From assembly GCA_025459175.1 (NCBI GenBank), contig JALORC010000003.1:6819-70818 (forward strand): 64,000 nucleotides of DNA, read 5' to 3'. How positions within the stretch are numbered: position 1 is the first letter of the stretch; each line of letters begins with the position of its first letter. The translations under genes and the position numbers were made by a program. The notes beneath the pieces are model-generated. The model made no database searches. It was not told the DNA's origin and saw only the letters and a list, made by a program, of their open reading frames with translations. This stretch comes from Planctomycetota bacterium. Lineage in GTDB: Bacteria > Planctomycetota > UBA1135 > UBA2386. Shown here piece by piece: positions 39,860 to 49,148 of the stretch.

Positions 39860-40230
39860 GACAGCCGCGGTTGGGCAGGCGGTCGAACACGTAGGAGTTT
39901 TCGATGCTCTCCAGGCTGGTGGCGACGACTTCGGAGCGCGCCGCGGTCGGTGCGCACGATGCCGTCGGTCTGGACCGGCTCGCCGGCGGGCAGCGCGAGC
40001 GGAACGCCGCCGACGGCTGCCCCGGCGAGTTCGAAGCGCAGCGGGAAGTTGCGCGGCGCCTGCGAGCCGAAGAACGGGATCACCGTGAAGCCGGTGTTGT
40101 CGAAGCTGGCCTTCCACGCGGTGCCGATCGCCCACAGCGGGTCGTCGGCGCGCGGGCGGTCGAACAGCACGCGCTGCTGGGGTCGCTGGCCGGCGCGCTG
40201 GGCCAGTTGATCGGCCTGTGCAGGGGTCAC
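39860..40230 (-). pseudogene. Truncated, frameshifted fragment of a secreted protein
   Basis: ...VLFDRPRADDPLWAIGTAWKASFDNTGFTVIPFFGSQAPRNFP...TDRGAL, then a shift near 39935 continues EVVATSLESIENSYVFDRLPNRG and ends against the convergent gene. Confidence 0.6.
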
Positions 40231-40389
40231 TGCCCGCGTGACGGCGGCGACCGCTTCCTCAGCGTGGGGCGGCAGGGAGGCGGTCGGACCCGGCGACTGC
40301 GACCTTCGGCGGCTCGCACGCCACCGGATTGTCGATCGGCAACTGACGTGGCGGTGCAGGCGGGCGCGGCTGCGTCGAGCGCCCTGCTT

Positions 40390-42804
40390 TCAGAGCGCGC
40401 CGATCGTCAGGGTCAGGGCGTTGCTGCTGGTGTTCTCGAGAAACAGCAGGTTCGGGTCGACCTCGAGCAGGACGAGTTGCTGGTACAGCTGGAGGCCAGC
40501 GAGAGCCACGATGTCGGGGATGGCGAGCTGCGTGTCGATGGTGCCGGCGGTGGCGACGGCCAACTCGTAGAGGTCCGGCGTGACCAGCAGGTTGCACGTC
40601 GGTGGACTCAGCGGCAGCAGGCTGGACAGCGGGACGCTGATCTGCGTCAAGCCGGTGGCGACGACGACCAATGCGAGCGACGGAATGGTCGTGCTGCGGG
40701 CCCGGAACATCGTGCCGATCCAGGGCAGGTTGGTAGCGCTGTAGGTGTTGGGGCCGCCGGAGCCGGGGCAGGCGATGCCGGTGGTGACCGTCGTGGCGGG
40801 GCAGGTTGGTGCGTAGCGTGCGAAATGGGTGGAGACGAACCCACCGGCGGTACTGAAGTCGCCGCCCGCCACGACGTCGCCATTCGGCAGCACGGCCAGG
40901 GCATGGACAGAGTCGTTCATGCCGCTGCCGAGCGCCGACCAGGTGCCGCCCTTCCAGCGCGCGATGCGGTTCGCGGCCACGCCGCCCGCGGTCGTGAAGG
41001 AGCCGCCCGCCACGAGGGAGCCGTTCGGCAGCACGGTCAGGACATTGACGGTAGGGAAGATGCCGGTCATGCCGCTGCCGAGCGCCGACCACGCGCTGCC
41101 ATCCCAGCGCGCGATGTTGTTCGCGGGGGTGCCGCCGGCAGTCGTGAAGGAGCCGCCCGCCACGAGGTCGCCGTTCGGCAGCACGGTCAGAGCATAGACA
41201 ATGCCGCCCATGCCGCTGCCGAGCGCCGACCATGTGCTGCCATTCCAGCGCGCGATGTAGCTCGCGGCGGTGCCACCGGCGGACGTGAAGAAGCCGCCCG
41301 CCACGAGGTCGCCGTTCGGCAGCACGGTCAGGACATTGACCGAGCCGAAGGGGCTCACGCCGCTGCCGAGTGCCGACCACGTGCTGCCATTCCAGCGCGC
41401 GATGCAGTTCGCGGACACGCCGCCGGCATTCGTGAAGTTGCCGCCCGCCACCAGGTCGCCGTTCGGCAGCACGGTCAGGGCGTGGACATCGTTTCTCATG
41501 CCGCTGCCGAGCGCCGACCACGTGCTGCCATTCCAGCGCGCGATGCGGTTCACGACGGCGCCGCCAGCGGTCGTGAACGAGCCACCCGCCACCAGGTCGC
41601 CGTTCGGCAGCACGGTCAGGGCAAGGACATCGTGGCTGATGCCGATGCCGATGGCGAGCGCCGACCACGAGCTGCCATTCCAACGCGCGATGTTGTTCGC
41701 GGCCGTGCCGTCGGCAGTGCCGAACACGCCGCCTGCCGAGAGGTCGCCGTTCGCCAGCACGGTCAGGGCATTGACAGAGCTGTCCATGCCGCTGCCCAGC
41801 GCCGACCACGTGCTGCCATTCCAGCTCGCAATGCGACTCGCGCTGAGGCCGCCTGCGAGCGAGAAGGCGCCGCCCACCACGAGGTCGCCGTTCACCAGCA
41901 CGGTCAGGGCATTGACCGTGCTGGTCAAGCCACTGCCGAGCGCCGACCACGTACTGCCACTCCAGCGCGCGATGAAGTTCGCGGAACCACCGCCAGCGGT
42001 CGTGAAGAAGCCGCCCGCCACGAGGTCGCCGTTGGGCAGCACGGTCAGGGCAGAGACAGTGTTGTCCATGCCGCTGCCCAGCGCCGACCACGTGCTGCCA
42101 TTCCAGCGCGCGATGCGGTTCGCGGCGGTGCCGCCGGCGGTCGTGAAGCTGCCGCCCGCCACGAGGTCCCCGTTCGGCAGCAAAGTCAGGGCGTTGACTG
42201 TGTTGTCCATGCCACTGCCCAGCGCCGACCACGTGCTGCCATTCCAGCTCGCGATGCGGCTCACGGCGGTGCCGCCGGCGGTCGTGAAGCTGCCGCCCGC
42301 CACGAGGTCGCCGTTCGCCAGCACGGTCAGGGCGCGGACCGTGCCGCTCATGCCGCTGCCGAGCGCCGACCACGTGCTGCCATTCCAGCGCGCGATGCGG
42401 TTCGCGGCGGTGCCGCCGGCGGTCGTGAAATCACCGCCCGCCACGAGGTCGCCGTTCGGCAGCACGGTCAGGGCATGGACTTGGAAGTTCATGCCGCTGC
42501 CGAGCGCCGACCACGTGCCGAGCAGCGGGTCGTAGGTGGCGATTTGGCTCGCCAGTACATTGCCGGCCAGCGCGAAGAATCCAGCGACGACGAGCAAGGG
42601 GGCCGCTGGGCCCGCGCCATCTGGATCCCAGCTCACAGTTGCGCTCACCGTGCCAGCGACTCCAGGCACCCCATCCCCTGGCAGCCATTGTGGTTGGCAC
42701 TGAGCCATCGCCGACGAAGCGCCCCAAGAAAGCGCGCCTGCAATCAGGAGGCTGCGCAGGCGCGAACAGTGCAGGGAGAGGAAGCCAGATGCCGGGGAGT
42801 TCAT
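40390..42804 (-). CDS. Secreted tandem-repeat beta-propeller (LTVLPNGDLVAGGxFTTAGG..ANRIARWNGSTWSALGSG) with shared C-terminal domain
   Basis: 12 near-identical ~47-aa repeats; signal peptide ending ASSAMAQ; ends YQQLVLLE...SSNALTLTIGAL. Confidence 0.9.
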   Translation of the reverse strand: MNSPASGFLSLHCSRLRSLLIAGALSWGASSAMAQCQPQWLPGDGVPGVAGTVSATVSWDPDGAGPAAPLLVVAGFFALAGNVLASQIATYDPLLGTWSALGSGMNFQVHALTVLPNGDLVAGGDFTTAGGTAANRIARWNGSTWSALGSGMSGTVRALTVLANGDLVAGGSFTTAGGTAVSRIASWNGSTWSALGSGMDNTVNALTLLPNGDLVAGGSFTTAGGTAANRIARWNGSTWSALGSGMDNTVSALTVLPNGDLVAGGFFTTAGGGSANFIARWSGSTWSALGSGLTSTVNALTVLVNGDLVVGGAFSLAGGLSASRIASWNGSTWSALGSGMDSSVNALTVLANGDLSAGGVFGTADGTAANNIARWNGSSWSALAIGIGISHDVLALTVLPNGDLVAGGSFTTAGGAVVNRIARWNGSTWSALGSGMRNDVHALTVLPNGDLVAGGNFTNAGGVSANCIARWNGSTWSALGSGVSPFGSVNVLTVLPNGDLVAGGFFTSAGGTAASYIARWNGSTWSALGSGMGGIVYALTVLPNGDLVAGGSFTTAGGTPANNIARWDGSAWSALGSGMTGIFPTVNVLTVLPNGSLVAGGSFTTAGGVAANRIARWKGGTWSALGSGMNDSVHALAVLPNGDVVAGGDFSTAGGFVSTHFARYAPTCPATTVTTGIACPGSGGPNTYSATNLPWIGTMFRARSTTIPSLALVVVATGLTQISVPLSSLLPLSPPTCNLLVTPDLYELAVATAGTIDTQLAIPDIVALAGLQLYQQLVLLEVDPNLLFLENTSSNALTLTIGAL
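40850..42520 (-). repeat. Coding tandem repeat, ~141-150 nt unit x12
   Basis: Near-identical DNA units (gccgctgccgagcgccgaccacgtgctgccattccagcgcgcgatg...) inside the propeller gene. Confidence 0.9.
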
Positions 42805-42930
42805 GAGGCGTGCCGAGCGAAAAGGGAACCGAATGCACCGATCGTGGTGAAACAAACTGCGGTCCCGGGCCCTCTCGAACCAAGGGCCATCCTCCCACAC
42901 CCGCACGACCGCGTCCGGCCGTTCACTCCC

Positions 42931-42973
42931 GCCCGGTCCCGCCGTTTCGCACCCCGCCGGAGCCGCCTTCGCG
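42931..42973 (+). repeat. Intergenic junction repeat, copy 1
   Basis: 36/43 identical to 43325-43367 by manual alignment. Confidence 0.7.
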
Positions 42974-42996
42974 TCCACGGGCACAGCGCTCCTCGC

Positions 42997-43215
42997 CGTG
43001 ACCTGCGCGACGCGCTCGAGGCCAGGGTTGAAGCCTGGTAGGTCCCGCTCGAACGGAAGAACTGGAAGGTAGCAGAAAACAAGGCACTCATGCTGTTGCT
43101 CGGGCTCGAGCTGGCGCCAGCCGGGATCGAGTCCGCGGTGGGCCCGGCGCCGCAGGTCATCGTGTTCAAAGCAGTCAGGCCGCGGCCCCGGATCATCCGG
43201 AACCCGCAGCCAGCA
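42997..43215 (+). pseudogene. Possible degraded C-terminus of a site-specific (large serine) recombinase
   Basis: RDLRDALEARVEAW*VPLERK...LELAPAGIE with an internal stop; recalls the coiled-coil and xPxGxE ends of such recombinases; flanked by the junction repeats. Confidence 0.3.
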
Positions 43216-43324
43216 TCCCCTCTCACGTCAGCACGCGACGCCGCCCTTCAGCTTTTCGGCAGGTCTTGGAGCGCGCTCGCCGCACAGGCAGAAGCCGCGC
43301 GGCCAGCCGCTCACTCGCCCGATC

Positions 43325-43367
43325 GCCCGATCCCGGCGTTTCGCGCCACTCCGCAGCCGGCTTCGCG
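43325..43367 (+). repeat. Intergenic junction repeat, copy 2
   Basis: 36/43 identical to 42931-42973. Confidence 0.7.
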
Positions 43368-43542
43368 CCAACCTAGCAGCCGAGCTCGGCCGGCGCGGGC
43401 CAGTGGTCCTGCGCTGCAGGCCGGCCGGGGCCACGCAGAGAGTTCGAAACCGATTGTCTCTCACTCTCTGCGGCAAGCCGGAGCTCACTGCAGGAGGACC
43501 ACCTGCAGGCAGATCACGCCGGCAACATCACGCAGACCGATA

Positions 43543-45465
43543 TCACTGCAGACCGATCGTGTGCTTGATCGCGTTGCTGGAGCGCGTGATCAGGTTGCCG
43601 CCGGTCGGCAACACACCATCGAGCACGACGAACTGCGCGTAGATGTCGACGCCCAGCAGGCCGCTCGGGACCAGCAACGGCACCGTGCCGGTCACCGAGG
43701 CTGGCGGCAGGATGAACGTCTCCCACAGGAGCGCGCCCGTCGTCGTACTGAGCACGCACCCAGGCGCAGTGATGCCCGGGACCTGGAAGCCCGGCCGGGT
43801 CGCGCCGACGTCGAGCAGCTGCGCGCCGATCACACCCGCCACGTTGTTGGCGTTCCAACGCAGAGTCTGGCCGGCGAACATGCGACCCGAGTACTGCGCG
43901 CCACCGGCCACGGGCGTCGCCACGGCGGTCTGGCCCATGTTGTTGGCACCGGCCAACTCGACGCTGGTCGTGAACGGCACTTCGATCGAGAGGTCGCGGG
44001 ACTGCGGATCGGCCGAACTCACGGTGCCGATGCGGCCGCGCGTGAACCCGACCAGGGCCGCCGACGTGCTGGCGCTGGCGTTGGCCATCGCCGGCAAGGT
44101 GCCGTAGCGGAACTCGACGATGCCGGTCGCCTCGAAGAACACGCACTGCAGCTGGTTGACCGAGTGACCGCCGACGCCCACGGCCGACACGACGTTGAAG
44201 GGCGCCACATCGAACCACGTCACATAGCAGATCTGGCTGCCGACGGGGCCCTCCGTCAACACGTGCAAGCCGGAGTTCGGGTTGGTGGCGACGTTCTCGG
44301 CCATGTCGAAGTCGAACCACAACGGCATCATGCGAGCCGTCAGACCCGCCGCCGACCCGAGCATCTCGGCCACGGTCGGCGTGAAGTCCGCGATGGTCGG
44401 CGCGCTGTCCAACCACACATAGCCGTTGGTGCACGGCTTGATCGTCGCCGTCGAGCCACCCGGGAAGTTGAAGGTCCAGCCGAGCGCGTGGCTGACCAGG
44501 CCGTCGTCGAGAGAGCCGCTGAACAGCGTGTTGGGGGCCGCATTGACCTTGCTGGCGTCGAACGGCGGCGCGCCGCCCACGACGGTGTAGGTCGTCGGGG
44601 CCGAGACACTGTCCGGAATCAGCGTGAGCCCGGTCAGATCCGCCACCTGGCCATTCAGGAACGACTGGTAGAACGTCGACGGCGAACCGCCACAGGCAGC
44701 GCCGTAGAACTCATTGCGGGCCGGAATCAGCGCGGCGTAGCCGCCAGCGCCGGCGAACTCGAGGCCAACCACCGGTGGGGCCGCGGAGGTCGTGCCGGTC
44801 ACCGCGCCAGGCGTCGCCGCGGTGACACCTTCGCCGCGGACCAGCGCCGCGCCGCCGCTGGTGTCCTGGATGGGCATCATGGCGCCAGCGAACGGCGGCA
44901 GCGTGCCCGCCGTCGGCATCGTGATGTCGATGAGGAGGTTGCGCTGCACGCTCGTCGGATCGAAGACGATCGAGGCGCCGATCGCCGCGAGGTCGATTTC
45001 GATGCTGAAGTTGTTCGGCGTCGAGCCGGTGGACGGCAGCTCGGTCACCGTGGTCGTGCCGAGCGCCCCCATGGTCGTGGTCGCGGCCAGGCGGTTCGTC
45101 GCGAACGTGGTGCTCATGTTCGTGTTGTCCAGCGACGTCGAGCCGAGTTCGACGGTGACCCCGGTCCAGCTGTGACCGCCGGAGTTCTGCTCGCCATCCT
45201 CACCGCGGAACTTGAGCTTGGTGATCACGATGGGCCCGGTGATGCCGGCATTGCCCGTGAAGTGGCTGGCCTCGTAGATGATCTGGAACCGGCCGCCAGC
45301 GCCACCCGTGGCGGGTGCGCGCCACCAGGTGGTCGCCCCGGCGCTGCCGAGCTGGGTCGCGGATTCCGTGAGGTGGTGGTTGTCCGGCAGCAGGAGCTGC
45401 CGCTGGGCCGGCAGCGCCAGAGCCGCGCTGAACAGAACGCCGAAGGAAACAGACGTGCGGATCAT
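43543..45465 (-). CDS. Secreted protein with nidogen-like domain and shared C-terminal domain
   Basis: Signal peptide; YGAACGG; LGWTFNFPGG..TNGYVWL..MMPLWFDFD..YVTW..LQCVFFEATGIVEFRYG; ends YAQFVVLD...SSNAIKHTIGLQ. Confidence 0.85.
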   Translation of the reverse strand: MIRTSVSFGVLFSAALALPAQRQLLLPDNHHLTESATQLGSAGATTWWRAPATGGAGGRFQIIYEASHFTGNAGITGPIVITKLKFRGEDGEQNSGGHSWTGVTVELGSTSLDNTNMSTTFATNRLAATTTMGALGTTTVTELPSTGSTPNNFSIEIDLAAIGASIVFDPTSVQRNLLIDITMPTAGTLPPFAGAMMPIQDTSGGAALVRGEGVTAATPGAVTGTTSAAPPVVGLEFAGAGGYAALIPARNEFYGAACGGSPSTFYQSFLNGQVADLTGLTLIPDSVSAPTTYTVVGGAPPFDASKVNAAPNTLFSGSLDDGLVSHALGWTFNFPGGSTATIKPCTNGYVWLDSAPTIADFTPTVAEMLGSAAGLTARMMPLWFDFDMAENVATNPNSGLHVLTEGPVGSQICYVTWFDVAPFNVVSAVGVGGHSVNQLQCVFFEATGIVEFRYGTLPAMANASASTSAALVGFTRGRIGTVSSADPQSRDLSIEVPFTTSVELAGANNMGQTAVATPVAGGAQYSGRMFAGQTLRWNANNVAGVIGAQLLDVGATRPGFQVPGITAPGCVLSTTTGALLWETFILPPASVTGTVPLLVPSGLLGVDIYAQFVVLDGVLPTGGNLITRSSNAIKHTIGLQ

Positions 45466-46320
45466 GATGTGACGAGTTGTTGAGGGAATGGACCCGATGA
45501 CCCGGCAACCGGCCGGACCAAAGGCATGTGCCGATTGCGTATCTCGGCTGCGCGAGCGAGCAAGCTACCTCTGGGTCGTCATCGGACCACCCCCTCGAAG
45601 CGAATGCCGCGGGCCAGCTGGCGAATCAGGGCGAGCCGCCACACCGGTGATCTTCCCACCCCGGGAAAGGTGCCTCGTAAGTCGGCGTCCATGACGCACC
45701 ACAGTACGCCGCGGAGCCTTGACGGCGCCCGCGGAAGATGCGCAAGGACGAGGCCCTGTGCGCACGAGCCAGAAATCCCACAGACTCAGGCGCGTCGACC
45801 TCTGGAAGTTCAGCGACAGACGACGGATGGGGCTCGCGGAACCACGATCCATCGCCTTGGATGGCTGTCGAGGATGCCGAGCCATCTGCATGCTGATGCT
45901 CTACACCGACTCGCCGTCATTTCCCTTCGGGGCCCCTCTTGCTCGCCTCGAACGAAGACTGCGAATGCCTGCTTGGAATCTCCTTCCCCTCGTTTCCCAT
46001 CCAATCGCAACCGCAAGTAAACTGACACGCGAAAGAGCAACTCTTCGGTCGCGTCCGCATTCGGCGTAACCCAGCGCTGCTTCGGGCCGGATGGGCCGGC
46101 AGGACGATGTTCGAGCTCGACGCCGGCACCATGGCGCTGCATATGCTGCCCGAACGCCTGCAGTCGACAACGGCGCCCAATGAGGTGCTGCCCGCAGGCG
46201 GCTGGGCACACTATGCTCCTTGTGGATCCCCCTCGGCACCGCCGAGGCTTGCGTCGGGGCAACCACGACCGTGGAGCTCCGCCTCCCGACCGACTGGGAC
46301 CGCTGAACCGGGAATAGCTC

Positions 46321-47820
46321 ATGAATACGACCAACCTCGCCTGTGCCCTCGTGCTCTGGTGCTCTCCCCTGCTCGCCCAAGTCGCCAACGATGAATGCGT
46401 CGGCGCCATCCCGGTCGGGAACGGCGTGTTCGGCCCCTTCGACAACTTCGGCGCCACCACCTCGGCACCAGCCTGGCCCATCCCGGCGAGCCAGGACGTG
46501 TGGTTCTCCTACTCGGCCGGCACGACCGGCCTGCTGACCGTCGACACCTGCGGCTCGGGGCTCGACACCGTCATCCAAGTGTTCGACGGCTACTGCGGTG
46601 CCTTGACGTCGCTGGGATTCAACGACGACGGCTGCCCCTCCGGAGCGGGCAGCCGCGTCACGGTCTCGGTGGCACCCGGTCCCTGTTGGATCCGCGTCGG
46701 CGGCTTCGGCACCGGCCCCGCCAGTTCTGGCTCGTTCAACCTCGCTGTCAGCGGGCCACTCGGTTTCGGCGCCATGGCGACCAACACGATGCTGGGGCGC
46801 GGCTGTGGCGACGTCGATGCGTCGGTCTACGAACCCTACCTCGCCGCTGGCTTCGACCTGAACAACACGACGCTGCGCTGGCAACCCGGTGCTGGCAACT
46901 ACCGGTTCGAGGTCATCGCCGGTGCCAACATCGTGCCGCCGACCGCAGCCGCGACGACGGTGGCGGGTTCGCCGACCAATCAACAGCAGTTCGTGCTGCC
47001 CACGCCGCTGCCGACGCCGTTCGGCCCGGTGACCACGCTCAACGTGACCACGTTCGGTCAACTCGAACTCGGCACCGCGGCGCTGCCCGCGGCCTCCGAC
47101 CAGCCGTCGCCGGCCGCGCTGCTCGCGTGGCCGCGTGCCGTGTTCGCCTGCTGGCACGACTGGAACCCCGCCCTGCCGGGCAGCGGCCCGGTCACCTTCG
47201 AGGTCCTCGGCGGCGTTGCCTACGCGACCTGGAACGGCGTCATGCCACTGCAGCCCTTGGCCTGGGCGCCCAGCACCTTCCAGTTCCAGCTGGACCTCGC
47301 GACCGGCGAGGTGCGACTGGTGCTCGCGTCGCTGGCGTTGAGCACCCATCCCGGGATGGTGCCGCTGGTCGTCGGCTTCTCTCCCGCCGGACCCGACGCC
47401 GACCCCGGGGCAACCGATCTGTCGGCCTGGACCGGATCGCTGCAGCTCGGGCCGGATCGGCCAGGCCTCGTGCTGGTCGCGGCCAATCGCCCCGTGGTGG
47501 GCACGACGTGGAGCCTGCAGGCGAATCAGCTGCCGGCCAGCGGCGTCCTCGGTGTCCAGGTGTTCGGACTCGGCGACCCTGGCTTCGACGATCTCACGGC
47601 CCTTGGTTTGCCGCGCTGCGGCCTGCGCGCCACGCTCGACGCGGTGGTGTCGTGGCCGGCGAGCGGCCCGACCCAAGCCGCTTCGCTGCCGATCCCCAAC
47701 ACGCTGACGATCCTCGGCCTCGATGTGTTCACGACGGCGGCCCTGTGGACGGTGCCGGCGGAGAACCCGTTCGGCGCGTTCACGACCAATGGGCTGCGCG
47801 GGCGCGTGGGCAGTTTCTGA
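46321..47820 (+). CDS. Secreted protein: ANDEC..DVWF (PPC-like) domain, nidogen-like domain and shared C-terminal domain
   Basis: Signal peptide; ANDECVGAIPV, DVWFSY, DTVIQVFDG, NDDGC; LGRGCG; ends NPFGAFTTNGLRGRVGSF. Confidence 0.85.
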   Translation: MNTTNLACALVLWCSPLLAQVANDECVGAIPVGNGVFGPFDNFGATTSAPAWPIPASQDVWFSYSAGTTGLLTVDTCGSGLDTVIQVFDGYCGALTSLGFNDDGCPSGAGSRVTVSVAPGPCWIRVGGFGTGPASSGSFNLAVSGPLGFGAMATNTMLGRGCGDVDASVYEPYLAAGFDLNNTTLRWQPGAGNYRFEVIAGANIVPPTAAATTVAGSPTNQQQFVLPTPLPTPFGPVTTLNVTTFGQLELGTAALPAASDQPSPAALLAWPRAVFACWHDWNPALPGSGPVTFEVLGGVAYATWNGVMPLQPLAWAPSTFQFQLDLATGEVRLVLASLALSTHPGMVPLVVGFSPAGPDADPGATDLSAWTGSLQLGPDRPGLVLVAANRPVVGTTWSLQANQLPASGVLGVQVFGLGDPGFDDLTALGLPRCGLRATLDAVVSWPASGPTQAASLPIPNTLTILGLDVFTTAALWTVPAENPFGAFTTNGLRGRVGSF

Positions 47821-48036
47821 GCCACCCACGTCGAGTTCGGGTGATCTCGCGACGGACATCGGGCGCTGGCTGCCGGCCGTTTCCGCCAGACGCCATCGAG
47901 CATGCCAATGCGACCGGCCGCTGCACCGCCGCTTCGCTTTCACAGTGGTTTGTCCGAGCACGAGACCACTAAGCGTCTTCCACGCGGCAGCGTCAAACCG
48001 CCAGCCCGTCGCGCTCCCTCGTGAACAGGTGCCGTT

Positions 48037-48936
48037 CTATGGATTCGGCGGCGCCGTGGTCCGAGCGGAGCGAATGCGGCGGCAGTGCGACGACCAGTGA
48101 GACGCTGGATCCGTGCCCCGCCAGTGGCGGTGCAGGAACCACACAGAACCTACCGCGGCGAGCGTGCACACGGTGAGGATCGCCACCATGGGGGCTACCC
48201 CCCCGTAGGACTCGACCAGCGGAGGCTGCTCCCGAACCGCCTCCGCCGTGTCCCAGCACAGACGCAGCATGAACCCGGTGCCGTTCGCCGCCATGTGGAT
48301 CAGGACACAGGCGAGCAGGCTCCGGGAGCGGTAGTAGACCCAGCCGGCGAATGCACCGAGGATCGTGCCCGTCACGAACTGGATCGAGTTCATGTGGATG
48401 ATGCCGAAAAGGAGACTCGAGACGAGGATCGCCGTGCGCGCCGAGTAACCGCGCAGCAGCCCGTCGAGGATCACGCCGCGGAAGTGCACCTCCTCCAGCA
48501 CCGGGGCCGCGACCACGAACACCAGCAGGCTCGCGACCCCCGTTTGCCCGGCCAGCTCGGCGAGCTGTTCTGCGGACTCCTCGGACATCGGTAGCAACGA
48601 AGCGACCGGGGCGACGACGCCGAGCAAGAGGCCGACGCTGCCCAACGCGAGTGGTAGCCAGGTCGACACGGGCGGAACTCGCAGGTCGAAGGACGAGCAC
48701 TCGAGCGGAAGCCGGCGGATCTTGCAGGCGATCACCACTGCGAGGCCCATGCCGAGCGAGTAATAGATGAGCAGAGTGGCTTCCCGCCCGAGCATGGGCT
48801 TCAAGAGCAAGGCGAGGGCGCTGACGATCATGGCCGCGACTGCGCCCAGAACCGCGACGATGCTCTGCGCAATCGTCATCGGCGGCAGGGGGAGCTCTAC
48901 AGATGGGTCGCTGGCCGTGGGCTCCATCGTGGGCAT
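48037..48936 (-). CDS. CPBP-family (CAAX/Abi) intramembrane metalloprotease
   Basis: APVLEEVHFRG, LLFGIIH, IHMAAN. Start uncertain. Confidence 0.85.
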   Translation of the reverse strand: MPTMEPTASDPSVELPLPPMTIAQSIVAVLGAVAAMIVSALALLLKPMLGREATLLIYYSLGMGLAVVIACKIRRLPLECSSFDLRVPPVSTWLPLALGSVGLLLGVVAPVASLLPMSEESAEQLAELAGQTGVASLLVFVVAAPVLEEVHFRGVILDGLLRGYSARTAILVSSLLFGIIHMNSIQFVTGTILGAFAGWVYYRSRSLLACVLIHMAANGTGFMLRLCWDTAEAVREQPPLVESYGGVAPMVAILTVCTLAAVGSVWFLHRHWRGTDPASHWSSHCRRIRSARTTAPPNP

Positions 48937-49148
48937 CGGAGTCGGGTAGTTCGTCCGGCTGGGTAGTGTAGTGTTCCGCCAGACCTGGGCCACGGTGCGT
49001 CCCGACGAACGACCGCGACCGAAGTGCGAAGGAAGAAGCCGGTGGTGATCGCCAGCGGTTGTCCGTTGCCAGCACCTTGTCACGACGGCATTCGCCTGTC
49101 CCCGTCCGCTGCTCCGACCAAGACCTGTCCGTCCCTGCGCCTGTCACC

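Noticed and set aside
40850-42520. CRISPR-like regularly spaced repeats
   Set aside because: Units are in-frame coding repeats of ~141-150 nt with no unique spacers, and there are no cas genes.
43100-43145. tmRNA or complete tRNA gene
   Set aside because: Only a short end-like motif; no cloverleaf, tag reading frame or smpB.
45480-46320. Short ORFs or an ncRNA in the long lower-GC divergent spacer
   Set aside because: No recognisable protein motif or RNA structure could be supported by eye.
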